A stretch of 63,316 nucleotides of DNA, filler included, from Chlamydiia bacterium (GTDB lineage Bacteria; Chlamydiota; Chlamydiia; Chlamydiales; FEN-1388): assembly GCA_903848235.1 (NCBI GenBank). It is 12 parts of 12 records of this genome, joined end to end, with 100 filler letters (N's around TTAATTAATTAA, not from the genome) between each part and the next. Parts side by side here need not be neighbours in the genome. Positions count along the whole stretch, not along the records: positions 49,669 to 58,453 come from CAINFV010000239.1; positions 58,554 to 61,599 come from CAINFV010000240.1; positions 61,700 to 63,316 come from CAINFV010000242.1; 9 more parts are not named here. One strand, written 5' to 3'. The notes beneath the pieces were generated by a model, which searched no databases, was not told the origin of the DNA, and saw only the letters and a list, made by a program, of their open reading frames with translations. The position numbers and the translations under genes were made by a program. The number at the start of each line of letters is the position of its first letter. The first letter of the stretch is position 1. This document shows, piece by piece, positions 51,357 through 61,715 of the stretch.

Positions 51357-53372
51357 TCAAGCCGAAATGGTTGATTGCTTCTCTACCGTTGCCTCCCATC
51401 GTAGATCTGGTCGGTGTAAAACTTCTGTAGCTGCATTGTGAATAGCTTTGATCTGCTCATAGTGAGGCCTGGAAACGATCTGCAATGTTCCTAAGGTTTC
51501 AGAAGGATCAGCATTACGAGTCCATGTAGCAGCTACTTGAGCATCTTCACTGACACCACTACGATAATAAAAATCGATCCGATCTGCATACGCCAGGAAT
51601 GTATCATGTATACGCTGCGGCAATAACAGTCCTTTTTGTCGCACATCATCTTCGGTCGTTTGAACAAAACGGGTGTCCCGTTCCTGAATAGATGCCCATC
51701 GAACATCGTCCGGTGCTGTGACATGGATCAGCCGAATCTGATACCGCTGTTTCTTAAAGAACTCGAAGGATTTACCTGTAGCAGGACCTGATGAAGTACT
51801 GCCAAAATAGAATGCATACTGTTCGCGAATAAGATTTCCCAAAATCAGATGTGTTGCGGCATTTGACCCTGGTCGCCATTTATTGTAGGCAGCTAGACGC
51901 GCCTCCCGAGATCCATCGCCCTTTAGAAGATCAGCTTGAAAAGATCTTGTTTGATTTTGTAGGCACACATCATCAGGACAAAGGTATGCAAAATTTCTGC
52001 CCGATTCATGAGCTTTTGCCAATTCTTGACGCATTAACACCGTTTTCCCTGAACCAGGAGCTCCAGCCGTGATAACAGCTTCCTTTGCCTTAACAGGATT
52101 GATGGATAGAATTTTTTGAAACAGCTCATTTATGTCATGTCGCAATCTCTGCGATTCTTCTTCCGTATACGCTTCTTTATTATCAAAAGCCTTCCCTGAA
52201 AGAAAACCTTCTAACACCGTCCTGGGCAATGAATACAAATATCCTCTATCGTACATACGATCGACGTTACATACGTCATACACAACACTAGCCATCCTGT
52301 TCTTCTCCTTCACTTTTACTACACCAGCTTGCTGCTGCGAAATCTCATATAAGCATTTTGTAACGGTATCAAATACCAAAGAAACCATTCTCTCTCTTTG
52401 CACCGCCCGTTCTTTATCAGAGAGTGCCGGAGCAATAGTATCCAAGGCCATGCCAGAGTCACGCAAAGCCGTCTCGCCTGCAAGCTGTTGATATGCCCAC
52501 AGAAGAGGATAGCTACACGCCAGAATCGTCCCTGGCCGTGGATGGCATTCTTGTAACCAGGTACGGATAGCGTCTTTTGTTGAAGGACGAGCGTTTTGCC
52601 CCTTGGGAGCATTCACAAAGACTACCTTCGCGGATAAGGCTTGCGCCATATCTTCTGGGATATCGGTCTGACTCCAGACAAGCTTTACCATGTCATACTC
52701 AGTGTCATAGACAGCATCCTCTGGCATCTTCCATCCCTTTTTAAAGGGAAGGATAGAACTCTTCTCATCGCACAGCTTTTCAACAGCATCTTCGCCGCCT
52801 TGCTGCTTTCGTAAATAACGTTCACCAGTGAGAAAAACGAGGGAATCAAATCGTATTCCTCTCTTCCAGGCCGCTACGAGCTGGAATAGATTTCGTCGTA
52901 CGCCGTCGAGAAATGCCCCATGGCAGGCCCCATAGGTATAGCGGTCCAAGGCCGGCGCCCTTTCTGCAAAAAGGCCCATCGAATCTGCGCATTCTTCGAC
53001 CTCCTGACGAATGTCACCTCTTCTCACGCCATCTTTCAGATCCGCTCTCTCTTTGTTCCCTCTCCCCTGAACAACAGAAAGCCAGCACTCCTGTGTCTTT
53101 GCCGTAGCACGAGCCAGATCGTCGCTCTGTTCGTACAGACCATCAAGTTTCAGAAGCGTAATGACATGCGGTGTCAACGCTCCATCGCTTTTAACAAAGA
53201 GCGTCGCCGGGCTTCTCTCTTGTATCATCCATTGTTCGGCCTCCATCGCCGGCGCGCTCTTCGCTTCGGCATAAGCAGCCGCACACGAAACCAGCTGAAC
53301 CGCCATAAAAACTCCTACTGAAAGTGCTATCATTTTACTGATGAGCGAAAAACTTTTAGCTCTATTATCCAT
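51357..53372 (-). CDS. Fusion of exported unknown domain and Zeta-toxin-like P-loop kinase
   Basis: Signal-like N-terminus; TAGAPGSGKT, CPDD in C-terminal half. Confidence 0.65.
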   Translation of the reverse strand: MDNRAKSFSLISKMIALSVGVFMAVQLVSCAAAYAEAKSAPAMEAEQWMIQERSPATLFVKSDGALTPHVITLLKLDGLYEQSDDLARATAKTQECWLSVVQGRGNKERADLKDGVRRGDIRQEVEECADSMGLFAERAPALDRYTYGACHGAFLDGVRRNLFQLVAAWKRGIRFDSLVFLTGERYLRKQQGGEDAVEKLCDEKSSILPFKKGWKMPEDAVYDTEYDMVKLVWSQTDIPEDMAQALSAKVVFVNAPKGQNARPSTKDAIRTWLQECHPRPGTILACSYPLLWAYQQLAGETALRDSGMALDTIAPALSDKERAVQRERMVSLVFDTVTKCLYEISQQQAGVVKVKEKNRMASVVYDVCNVDRMYDRGYLYSLPRTVLEGFLSGKAFDNKEAYTEEESQRLRHDINELFQKILSINPVKAKEAVITAGAPGSGKTVLMRQELAKAHESGRNFAYLCPDDVCLQNQTRSFQADLLKGDGSREARLAAYNKWRPGSNAATHLILGNLIREQYAFYFGSTSSGPATGKSFEFFKKQRYQIRLIHVTAPDDVRWASIQERDTRFVQTTEDDVRQKGLLLPQRIHDTFLAYADRIDFYYRSGVSEDAQVAATWTRNADPSETLGTLQIVSRPHYEQIKAIHNAATEVLHRPDLRWEATVEKQSTISA

Positions 53373-53472
53373 CGCTCTTCCTTCAAAAAGAGATGCCTTC
53401 AGAACTCTTCGATCTTCTCGAGATCACAGAAAAGCCATATACTCACAACGAAATCATTGAGAGGGAGAAAGT

Positions 53473-54531
53473 ATGCCACAGATAGATATTGAAAAGAAAC
53501 GAGCGCTTGATCTTGCTTTAAGCCATATTAAGAAACAATTTGGCGATGGCGCGATCATGTCGCTGGGAAAGCATTCTGAAAATAGAGAGATCAGCTGTAT
53601 TAAGACCGGTGCCATCACCATCGACATGGCGCTTGGTATCGGCGGCGTTCCTCGAGGAAGGGTAGTGGAGATTTTCGGCCCTGAGTCGTCTGGAAAATCA
53701 ACACTAGCACTCCACATCGTGGCGAATGCACAGAAAAATGGTGGTATCGCAGCCTATATCGACGCAGAGCATGCCCTAGACCCTGGATATGCTACAAGGA
53801 TCGGAGCTAACATCAATGAGCTGCTTATCTCGCAGCCTGATAGCGGTGAAGAAGCGTTAAACATTGCCGAAACTCTTGCTAGATCAAATGCCATCGACGT
53901 CATTGTCATCGACTCTGTCGCCGCCCTCCTCCCAAAAGCAGAACTCGAAGGGGAGATCGGGGATTCTTTTGTCGGCCTTCAGGCACGAATGATGTCGCAA
54001 GCGTTACGGAAGCTCACAGCAGCTCTTTCCAAGAGCAATACCTGTGCCATTTTCATCAACCAAATCCGTGAAAAGATCGGCGTGATGTATGGCAATCCAG
54101 AAACAACGACAGGGGGACGCGCACTGAAGTTCTACTCGTCAGTACGGATTGACCTTCGAAAAACAGCTGGGATCAAAGGGGCTGACAATATTGAAATCGG
54201 CAACCGCGTCAAAGCAAAAATCGTAAAAAATAAAATGGCGCCTCCTTTCAGGGTCGCTGAATTTGACATTCTCTTTGCCGAAGGCATCTCTCGTGCAGGG
54301 TCAATCCTCGACCTCGCCTCCGAGATGAACGTCATTGAGAAAAAAGGCGCTTGGTTTAGTTACAAAGGACAACGCCTCGGTCAAGGCCGAGATACCGTTC
54401 GCGATGAGCTCAAGAAGAACGCTAAGCTCCTCGACGAGATCGAAAATGAACTTCTTGCCGCTTGCAAAGAGAAGGCTCCAACGAATCTAGCTCCAAGAAG
54501 CGACACAGAAGAAACTCCAGAGACCGAATAA
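53473..54531 (+). CDS. recA: Recombinase A
   Basis: [43 protein letters not shown]. Confidence 0.98.
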   Translation: MPQIDIEKKRALDLALSHIKKQFGDGAIMSLGKHSENREISCIKTGAITIDMALGIGGVPRGRVVEIFGPESSGKSTLALHIVANAQKNGGIAAYIDAEHALDPGYATRIGANINELLISQPDSGEEALNIAETLARSNAIDVIVIDSVAALLPKAELEGEIGDSFVGLQARMMSQALRKLTAALSKSNTCAIFINQIREKIGVMYGNPETTTGGRALKFYSSVRIDLRKTAGIKGADNIEIGNRVKAKIVKNKMAPPFRVAEFDILFAEGISRAGSILDLASEMNVIEKKGAWFSYKGQRLGQGRDTVRDELKKNAKLLDEIENELLAACKEKAPTNLAPRSDTEETPETE

Positions 54532-54596
54532 CGATCTTTTTCATGAAGCGAGCGTATCAATATGCTCGCTTTTCCAAAAAGCCAGGAAGAGCTTCT

Positions 54597-55595
54597 ATGC
54601 GATATCTAGAGCACGCCTTCTTCATTTGTATCTTCTTTTTGTTCGGATCGCTCAGCGCTGTAAATTCTTTTGAAAGACGCACCGCCTTCAACGCCCTAGT
54701 AGAACGGGACCTACAACTCCTTCCCCCTGACATCCGTGCGTGGCTAGACAAACAGACGATTCCAGTAAAACAGTTCAACAAGGAAGTCGCGAAACTCAAC
54801 TACCAAAAACTCCTCTCAACACTCCATGAAGCGTCTAAATATGTCAAAAAACCAGCCACATATGGCCTTCGACCAGAACACGTCGGAAAAAACGTCCATA
54901 TCGGCTGCGTTCCGTTCGACGAAACACGATCTCTTCGCCATCTCGAAGGGTTTTATATCAGCGCCAGTGACGTTTTAACCCCTGAGCAGACCTATATCGT
55001 CGGAGAAGCTCCCATAGAGCCTACAGAAGACATCTTTTGGCAAGCAATCGTTGAAGCAGATGTCAGAACCATCGCCGCCCTTGTCACTCCAACAGATGGG
55101 GCATATTGGGATAGCTCGCGATTTCCGAAAACCGTGCGCCGATGGAAGATCGAAATGATCAGCGAAGAAGACGAGGGCTACAGCCCTCTCCTCGTAGAAC
55201 AACGCATCATCCGTCGGGTCTTTAAGATCTCATACCATGACGATTGTAGGATCATCACCCATCTTCACTATAAAAATTGGCCGGACCACGGAGCCCCAGA
55301 CCCTGCTTTATTCCATAGATTTCTCGCTCTGCTAGACGATGCTCACCCAGGAAGCTCTTATCCGATCTTTGTCCACTGTGCCGCTGGTATTGGCCGCTCT
55401 GGAACCTTCGTCGCAGCTCATAGCTTACGAAAAGAGGTCCTCATGCATCGGGCAAGCGATGGCCCTCTATCTATCAACATAGCAAAACGAATTTTAGAAA
55501 TGAGGATGCAGCGATACAAGCTGTTAAGCCGCCCCACACAGCTCAGAGCTGTTATAGAGGCCGTTCGTGATGCCATTCAACAAAGAGCGCAGTAG
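54597..55595 (+). CDS. Protein tyrosine phosphatase paralogue with signal peptide
   Basis: YISASDV, WPDHG, VHCAAGIGRSG. Confidence 0.9.
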   Translation: MRYLEHAFFICIFFLFGSLSAVNSFERRTAFNALVERDLQLLPPDIRAWLDKQTIPVKQFNKEVAKLNYQKLLSTLHEASKYVKKPATYGLRPEHVGKNVHIGCVPFDETRSLRHLEGFYISASDVLTPEQTYIVGEAPIEPTEDIFWQAIVEADVRTIAALVTPTDGAYWDSSRFPKTVRRWKIEMISEEDEGYSPLLVEQRIIRRVFKISYHDDCRIITHLHYKNWPDHGAPDPALFHRFLALLDDAHPGSSYPIFVHCAAGIGRSGTFVAAHSLRKEVLMHRASDGPLSINIAKRILEMRMQRYKLLSRPTQLRAVIEAVRDAIQQRAQ

Positions 55596-55621
55596 TAAAC
55601 GCCTGTTAGAGACTTAAGACC

Positions 55622-56530
55622 TTACCCAACAACGATGCGCATTGCTGATGCGAGGGTGACAAGGGGAGACTCTCCTAAGCTAAGTTCATCCGCCAGAGCG
55701 CAAAAGCCTTCTACATGTGACCGAACGCTGTTGCGAGCCTCTTCGACACCAAAGAGAAGGGCGTAGTTGACCTTTTTGCCAGCCTCTTTATCCTGCTCTA
55801 TGTCGTCGAGATCGTCCATGATTTGGAAGGCCCTTCCAAAATGTGTTGCCAGGCGATGCAGATCATCGAGCTTGGCAACAACGCCGCCGCCAAAAAGCCA
55901 TCCTAAGACAAAGCAGACCTCGAAGAGCGCACCCGTCTTAAGGTCCATGATTGTATTAATCGACTTCTCATCAAATCCCTGCGGTCTTAAATCAAACTGC
56001 TGGCCACCGATCAGGCCATTAAGGCCAATAGCACGACTTGCTGTCGAAAATGCCGCGTGCAACACCGCCCCCTGGCGCTCTTGTGGAATGGGGGTCCGTG
56101 CCATGAGTTCAAAGCCGGCCGATGTCAGGGCAAAGCTTGCCATAATAGCGGTGGCTTCAGAAAACGCCTTGTGCGTTGTTGCAACACCTCGGCGGAAGTC
56201 ATCATTATCCATACATGGCAGATCATCGGTGATCAACGAGGAGATGTGGAAGAATTCAACAGCCACGGCAGCAAGATCGACAGCAATCGGTGAGTGAAGA
56301 GCTTCCGCCACCATCCAGACGATGGCTGGACGCAAGCGTTTTCCCCCTGATTGCATGGCATAGGCAATGGCCTGACGCACAGTAGAATCTTCTCCAAGCG
56401 ATGGAAGGACGCTAAGGAAGCTCGAGTCAAACCGTTTTCGATACGGCTCAAGAATTTGGAGGGCAACCCTAGCAAATGAATCCATTGGGCTATTTGGTTT
56501 TTTTGAAAAACCTGAACTATCGTTGGCCAT
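55622..56530 (-). CDS. ispA: Farnesyl/geranyl diphosphate synthase
   Basis: GGKRLRP, DDLPCMDNDDFRRG, GQ, KT, FQIMDD. Confidence 0.9.
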   Translation of the reverse strand: MANDSSGFSKKPNSPMDSFARVALQILEPYRKRFDSSFLSVLPSLGEDSTVRQAIAYAMQSGGKRLRPAIVWMVAEALHSPIAVDLAAVAVEFFHISSLITDDLPCMDNDDFRRGVATTHKAFSEATAIMASFALTSAGFELMARTPIPQERQGAVLHAAFSTASRAIGLNGLIGGQQFDLRPQGFDEKSINTIMDLKTGALFEVCFVLGWLFGGGVVAKLDDLHRLATHFGRAFQIMDDLDDIEQDKEAGKKVNYALLFGVEEARNSVRSHVEGFCALADELSLGESPLVTLASAMRIVVG

Positions 56531-56550
56531 ACAACTTCTCTTCTTTGTGG

Positions 56551-57243
56551 TTAGAGGTCCTCTACAATAGAGACCGAGGATCCCAGCTTCACAAGACGCC
56601 CCTCTTCTATCACGCCGCCGATGTTAGCACATGGATAACACTTGGCATGTTTTCCTAGGAGTGTACCTGGATTCATGACCACATTACAACCAATCTGACA
56701 GCCATCGCCGACGATAGAGCCGAATTTCCGCAGCCCCGTCGATATCGATTGTTGATGATATCGAACAAAGACAGGGCATCCGTCAAGCCGTAAATTCGCA
56801 CACTTCACCCCCGCCCCGAGGTTAACGTCATTCCCAAGCACTGAATCCCCAACGAAGGCAAAATGAGCGGCCCTGGCGTGATTTAAGAGGATTGAGTGCT
56901 TCAACTCCGTTGCATGTCCAACGACACATCGATCTCCGATGAGAACATTGCCCCGGATGTATGATCCATGGCGAATCTGACAGTTGCGGCCGATGATGCA
57001 CGGTCCTCGGATATAGGCGCCGGGTTCTACTACAGTTCCTTCGCCGATAGAAATCAGTTCAGGATTGACAAGGTAGGCATATTCTTGGTGGGCTGAGTTA
57101 TTTTCTCCAAGCGGCTGGCGCAGCAGATATCCCTCAAGCTTTTGCAAGACTTGCCATACATATGAACACCCATCGAACACCGCTCGATGTTCGAATGAAG
57201 AGAGATCAAAAAACGTCGGTACAGAGAAACTGTTTTCTTCCAT
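56551..57243 (-). CDS. GlmU-like left-handed beta-helix acetyltransferase
   Basis: Hexapeptide repeats, AHFAFVGDSVLG, TGLRKFG; adjacent to ispA as in Chlamydia. Confidence 0.8.
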   Translation of the reverse strand: MEENSFSVPTFFDLSSFEHRAVFDGCSYVWQVLQKLEGYLLRQPLGENNSAHQEYAYLVNPELISIGEGTVVEPGAYIRGPCIIGRNCQIRHGSYIRGNVLIGDRCVVGHATELKHSILLNHARAAHFAFVGDSVLGNDVNLGAGVKCANLRLDGCPVFVRYHQQSISTGLRKFGSIVGDGCQIGCNVVMNPGTLLGKHAKCYPCANIGGVIEEGRLVKLGSSVSIVEDL

Positions 57244-57844
57244 GGCAAAGAGCCCCCTCGTCTAACAAAGCGTGTGATATGGATTCCTCTATCACACCAT
57301 AGCAAACAGGGTCTTTTGGCACCTATCAACATCATCCACAACGAATAAGAGAAGAATAATCTATCTATATATCTATCGTCTTCTTCAGGCGGTGTTGGAG
57401 TGTTCGTAACTCATGCATTCCACTGGAGATCCTTCTGTCTGCAACTTGACGACTATCTGTTGAGAGCTCTTGTATATCTCTTTCGATTGTGCGTAGTCGA
57501 AGAGTTGCATTGCTCAAAAGCGGACTCCATACACGACTTTTGATCGATGGGCGCGCTTTTTGCGGCTATTGACATCTCCCACAGCACCGAAGAGAAGAAG
57601 AGTTATATATATATACTTCCTCTTCTTCAGGCGATGTTGGAGTGTTCGTAAGTGTCGATTTTGTCTCGCAATGCGACTGTCGATAGTTGGAGCGCTGGGT
57701 GTTCAAAGCAGGCCCTGAGTGTTGTGATTGTTGGTAGGAAAGAGAGCTGTTGAGGAGTTACGGACACCGCAAGATGAGTTGTTGCCCGACTATGCTAACA
57801 AGTAAGAGGCTGGCCTGAAGAACCTGCCTAGATTCTTTGGATGA

Positions 57845-58007
57845 TGAGACTTTTGAAAAACTAGCGGGCGCGCTCTGCTCGCGGCGGCTTGAAGGGAGAG
57901 TTTGCCTCTCCTCACCAATAGCTAGCGCTATTGGCTTCGTAGAGATAGTCTCTCCCTTCGTCACTGGCGCTTCGCATATCGCAGCCGCTAGTTTTGCAAA
58001 AGCCTCT
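57845..58007. mobile_element. Palindromic MITE (family B, full length)
   Basis: Reverse-orientation match to 13110-13228; central hairpin ccaatagc-tagc-gctattgg. Confidence 0.8.
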
Positions 58008-58232
58008 GATGTTCAGCTCTTCGAAAGGTTGGAACTTTAGAAGTTGCGATGTTTGTGAGTTGATAAGAGAGGGGGGCTTGTGTGTGAATAGTCTAAAAGA
58101 AGGTTGGAATTTCCTAACTTCCTAAGTTCTCGAGTTGATGCGATTACGGCTTTTGCAATGTATGTTGAGACAGCAGTCGATCATAGGATTTTTGCAAGCT
58201 TGCAGAAAAGCTTTTTTTGCTTGATCTCGTCT

Positions 58233-58392
58233 ATACCGCTTCCCCTTGAAAGTTGGATAGATGCCGAAGAAAAAGTCCGCAGATTCGATCGGCAAAAACA
58301 GACCTGCTACTAGAATTAGGGGTTGTTTTTACCGACTCGAAGATGCGGACTTTTTCGATGGCAGGTATGCGACTTTCAATTGAAAACGGTAT
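58233..58392. mobile_element. Palindromic MITE (family C)
   Basis: ataccg..ttgaaagttg / cgactttcaa..cggtat; fragments at ~56-108, ~10578-10666, ~60385-60407. Confidence 0.7.
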
Positions 58393-58802
58393 GTACCCAG
58401 CTCTGGGCTCTCCAAAAATCCGGCCTAGAGAATTATAATGTTCAGTTGAAAAANNNNNNNNNNNNNNNNNNNNNNNNNNNNNNNNNNNNNNNNNNNNTTA
58501 ATTAATTAANNNNNNNNNNNNNNNNNNNNNNNNNNNNNNNNNNNNNNNNNNNNAATCAATAGCTCAAGGAGAGATTTTGGACACATCATGAAGTAACAAG
58601 ATGTCCGATGTTTCTTGAGTAAGCCCGTATCATTTTGAAAAAACCTAACCTTGTGATTATAGGGGGTAACTTTGTCTTGGTTTTTTTTGATCTTAATTTT
58701 TATTTTGACGAGTGATTCATTGAACCCAGCGGGAATCGCTGAGATATGTCCATATTTTATCGAGCAGTTACTAGCCCCCCCTTTTTTTTCAGATGATTAT
58801 TA

Positions 58803-58871
58803 CATGAAAAACGAGAAGGCAGTAGCATGAAAAACGAGAAAACGGTAGCGTGAAAAACGAGAAAATATTGA
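58803..58871 (+). repeat. Three tandem 23-bp direct repeats upstream of Fic gene
   Basis: Core TGAAAAACGAGAA x3, 23-nt period. Confidence 0.85.
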
Positions 58872-58877
58872 GGCTCT

Positions 58878-60419
58878 ATGACACACAATTGTATAGAAAA
58901 GCCGCTCTCTCGTCTTCAAGCACTCTTGAAGAAAAAGGGATCCTCCATCATTCACACAAGCGAGCTTGCTCGGGCTGACCGTGAAATTCTCGTGCAACAC
59001 CATTGGTTGGAAGAAATCATCCGCGGCTGGTACCTCGCCATTCGACCTGACCTAGAAAAGGGTGATTCGACTGCCTGGTATGCCAATTTTTGGGACTTTC
59101 TCAATAGCTACTTGGGACATAATTACGGCCTGGAGTATTGCCTGTCCGCCGAATGTTCTTTAGATGTTCATGTAGGAAGCACCACTATCCCAAAACAGGT
59201 CATCGTTATGGCTCAAAACGGAAGCGGATCTCCGATACAATTGCCATTCGATACATCGCTTCTTGTGTATGCCGATCCTCAACGCTTGCCGCTATTTCGA
59301 GAGACTGTTCGTGGCCTTCAGGTTATGCCTCTGGCATATGCAATATGCAAGGTGTCTCCAGCCTATTTTCAGCTATCGTCTGATGATGCAAAAATTGCCC
59401 TTCAGCTTTTCCATGATCCTTCAGAACTTCTTCACGTCCTAGTCGAGAATAGGTTTAAAAATGCAGCAGGACGGCTTATTGGTGCCTATAGAGCTTTGAA
59501 CAACGCCGAAATGGGAGACGCCATCAAAAAAGGATTGAAGGATATAGGTGTTAACGTTCAAGAAACCAATCCTTTTGCCAGGGAAATCCCAGTTTCTTCT
59601 TACAGGGCATATTCCTCGCCGTATGTAGCTCGGGTGCATGCTTTATGGGAAGAGTTACGTCCCGTAGTTCTTGCTCACTTTCCTGCTCCCCCGGGTATCC
59701 CTTCTGATATCAAAAAATATCTCAAAAGCATCACGGAAACATATGTGCAGGATGCCTACAATTCGCTTTTAATAGAGGGATATCGAGTTACTGAAAACAT
59801 TATCCAGAAGGTACGGGAGGCCAAGTGGCATCCTGAACACGACATAACCGATCGACAGCATTATGACGCCTTAGCAGCACGTGGATACTACGAGGCTTTT
59901 CTTGAAGTGAAAGACTCTGTCGAAAAAATTATTCGGGATGGAAACTCCGGTCTTATTGTAACAAAAGACCTTCCAAGATGGTATCAAAAGCTATTTCATC
60001 CATTAGTACAATCCGGGATTCTTTCGGCATCAGACCTTTTTGGATATAGACGACAGCAGGTGTACATTCGCTCCTCTCGACACACGCCGCCACCAAAAGA
60101 AGCTTTATCTGCTGCGATGGAAACTCTTTTTCAACTTCTTCAAGAGGAAGAACACCCAGCCGTACGAGCCATCCTCGGCCACTTTATTTTTGTATATATA
60201 CATCCCTATATGGACGGCAATGGCCGTATGGGTCGTTTTCTGATGAACGCCATGCTCGCCTCCGGGGGGTATCCATGGACCATTATTCATGTAGCTCGTC
60301 GCGACGAGTATATGAGTGCTTTAGAACGAGCCAGCGTTGAGAGAGACATCCTGCCTTTTGTCACATTCGTTGCTTCAGAAATGCAACTTTCAACTGTTAC
60401 CGGCATACACCTTGCTTAG
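58878..60419 (+). CDS. Fic-domain protein
   Basis: HPYMDGNGRMGR; SLLIEG inhibitory-helix-like motif. Confidence 0.92.
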   Translation: MTHNCIEKPLSRLQALLKKKGSSIIHTSELARADREILVQHHWLEEIIRGWYLAIRPDLEKGDSTAWYANFWDFLNSYLGHNYGLEYCLSAECSLDVHVGSTTIPKQVIVMAQNGSGSPIQLPFDTSLLVYADPQRLPLFRETVRGLQVMPLAYAICKVSPAYFQLSSDDAKIALQLFHDPSELLHVLVENRFKNAAGRLIGAYRALNNAEMGDAIKKGLKDIGVNVQETNPFAREIPVSSYRAYSSPYVARVHALWEELRPVVLAHFPAPPGIPSDIKKYLKSITETYVQDAYNSLLIEGYRVTENIIQKVREAKWHPEHDITDRQHYDALAARGYYEAFLEVKDSVEKIIRDGNSGLIVTKDLPRWYQKLFHPLVQSGILSASDLFGYRRQQVYIRSSRHTPPPKEALSAAMETLFQLLQEEEHPAVRAILGHFIFVYIHPYMDGNGRMGRFLMNAMLASGGYPWTIIHVARRDEYMSALERASVERDILPFVTFVASEMQLSTVTGIHLA

Positions 60420-61412
60420 ATGTCTAAATTTGCTTTTGGAGCCTGCTGATGTTACGGCTCGAAGTTTATAGTGGCTTTTCAAATACTCTTTATAGCCGTA
60501 GAGATGGTGCTTGTAATAGTCTTTTGGATGAAGAGTCTTTGTAAAGTGGAGCTTTGTGGTGGTGTATAGGAGTCTGTTGTTCTTATATATTTCAAATCCC
60601 ACGACATCTTCAGAGCGGCTTTTTTTCCAATGCGTTTTCATATACAGGCGGCGACAATGCTTCCCTAATTTCCCGTGAAAATGTGAGGGGCGTTTTGGAC
60701 GCTTAGCAGGGGATGGTATGGCGATTGACGTGATGCGACGGGCGTTTTCAAATGAACCTGCATTGCTGACTGTCTGGCCTGTAAATGTTTGGCTGACTGA
60801 GGTTCCTGCGGAGTTTGTCACTATTAGTGTTACGTCATATGTCCCACTCCGCAGATACGCATGTGAAATCAGCGGCTCTTCGGTCGTCAGTTCTGGGGAT
60901 TCATCCCCAAAATTCCAGACATACTTCGCAATGGTGCCAACGGCGGACATTGAACGTGATGCATCAAAGACCGTAGGCGTTGTGGCTGCCATAGGTGTCG
61001 CTGTAAAATCAGCAGCAGGAGATGGGTCAGGGGTGATGGCGATCATATATAGTTCAGAGCTTTCGGGGAAATGAATCGTGTCTACAGACACTGGTAGGTC
61101 TTGCGTCAGATCGATGACGATGACGATCCTTGCTTGTGCGCTAACGATATATGCCGTTTTGCCGTCTGGCGTGATGGCTATGCCAGACTTCTGCAGATAC
61201 CCTCCGCAATCGATAGGAACAATCTTCTGAGTGGAGGCGGTAATTTGAAATGCGAAAGATGTAGCCAGATCTGTGACATAAACGAATCTTCCATCAGGGC
61301 TGATGGCGATTCCCCCAAGATCCTCAGCAGTGGTAACGATAGGATCCTTTAACGTGTCAGTTGATGTATCAATGACATATACCTTGTTATTACGTGCTAC
61401 CACATAGACCAT
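60390..61412 (-). CDS. YncE/YVTN beta-propeller plus PKD domain protein (5' part may be degraded)
   Basis: GIAISPDG, GIAITPDG repeats; YVWNFGD, GTYDVTLIVTN. Confidence 0.75.
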   Translation of the reverse strand: MVYVVARNNKVYVIDTSTDTLKDPIVTTAEDLGGIAISPDGRFVYVTDLATSFAFQITASTQKIVPIDCGGYLQKSGIAITPDGKTAYIVSAQARIVIVIDLTQDLPVSVDTIHFPESSELYMIAITPDPSPAADFTATPMAATTPTVFDASRSMSAVGTIAKYVWNFGDESPELTTEEPLISHAYLRSGTYDVTLIVTNSAGTSVSQTFTGQTVSNAGSFENARRITSIAIPSPAKRPKRPSHFHGKLGKHCRRLYMKTHWKKSRSEDVVGFEIYKNNRLLYTTTKLHFTKTLHPKDYYKHHLYGYKEYLKSHYKLRAVTSAGSKSKFRHLSKVYAGNS

Positions 61413-61715
61413 ATCTCCGGATGGAGCGATGGCAAGTGCCGTAGAAATCGATGTCCCTAGAAAAATCGTTTTTGTTCCCGCACCGCTTCTAAAAATCTAT
61501 ACAAATGTGGACATATAGCCCTTTCAGGCCATTGTGAACGGTTGTCTAGATACGACAGCCTAGCAGCTCTGCTGTCGATTCGCGTGAAGGCATCTCACCN
61601 NNNNNNNNNNNNNNNNNNNNNNNNNNNNNNNNNNNNNNNNNNNTTAATTAATTAANNNNNNNNNNNNNNNNNNNNNNNNNNNNNNNNNNNNNNNNNNNNA
61701 CAATTGATTAACCAG

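Noticed and set aside
58803..58871. Mini CRISPR array
   Set aside because: Units are contiguous with only ~10 variable nt, no unique spacers and no cas genes
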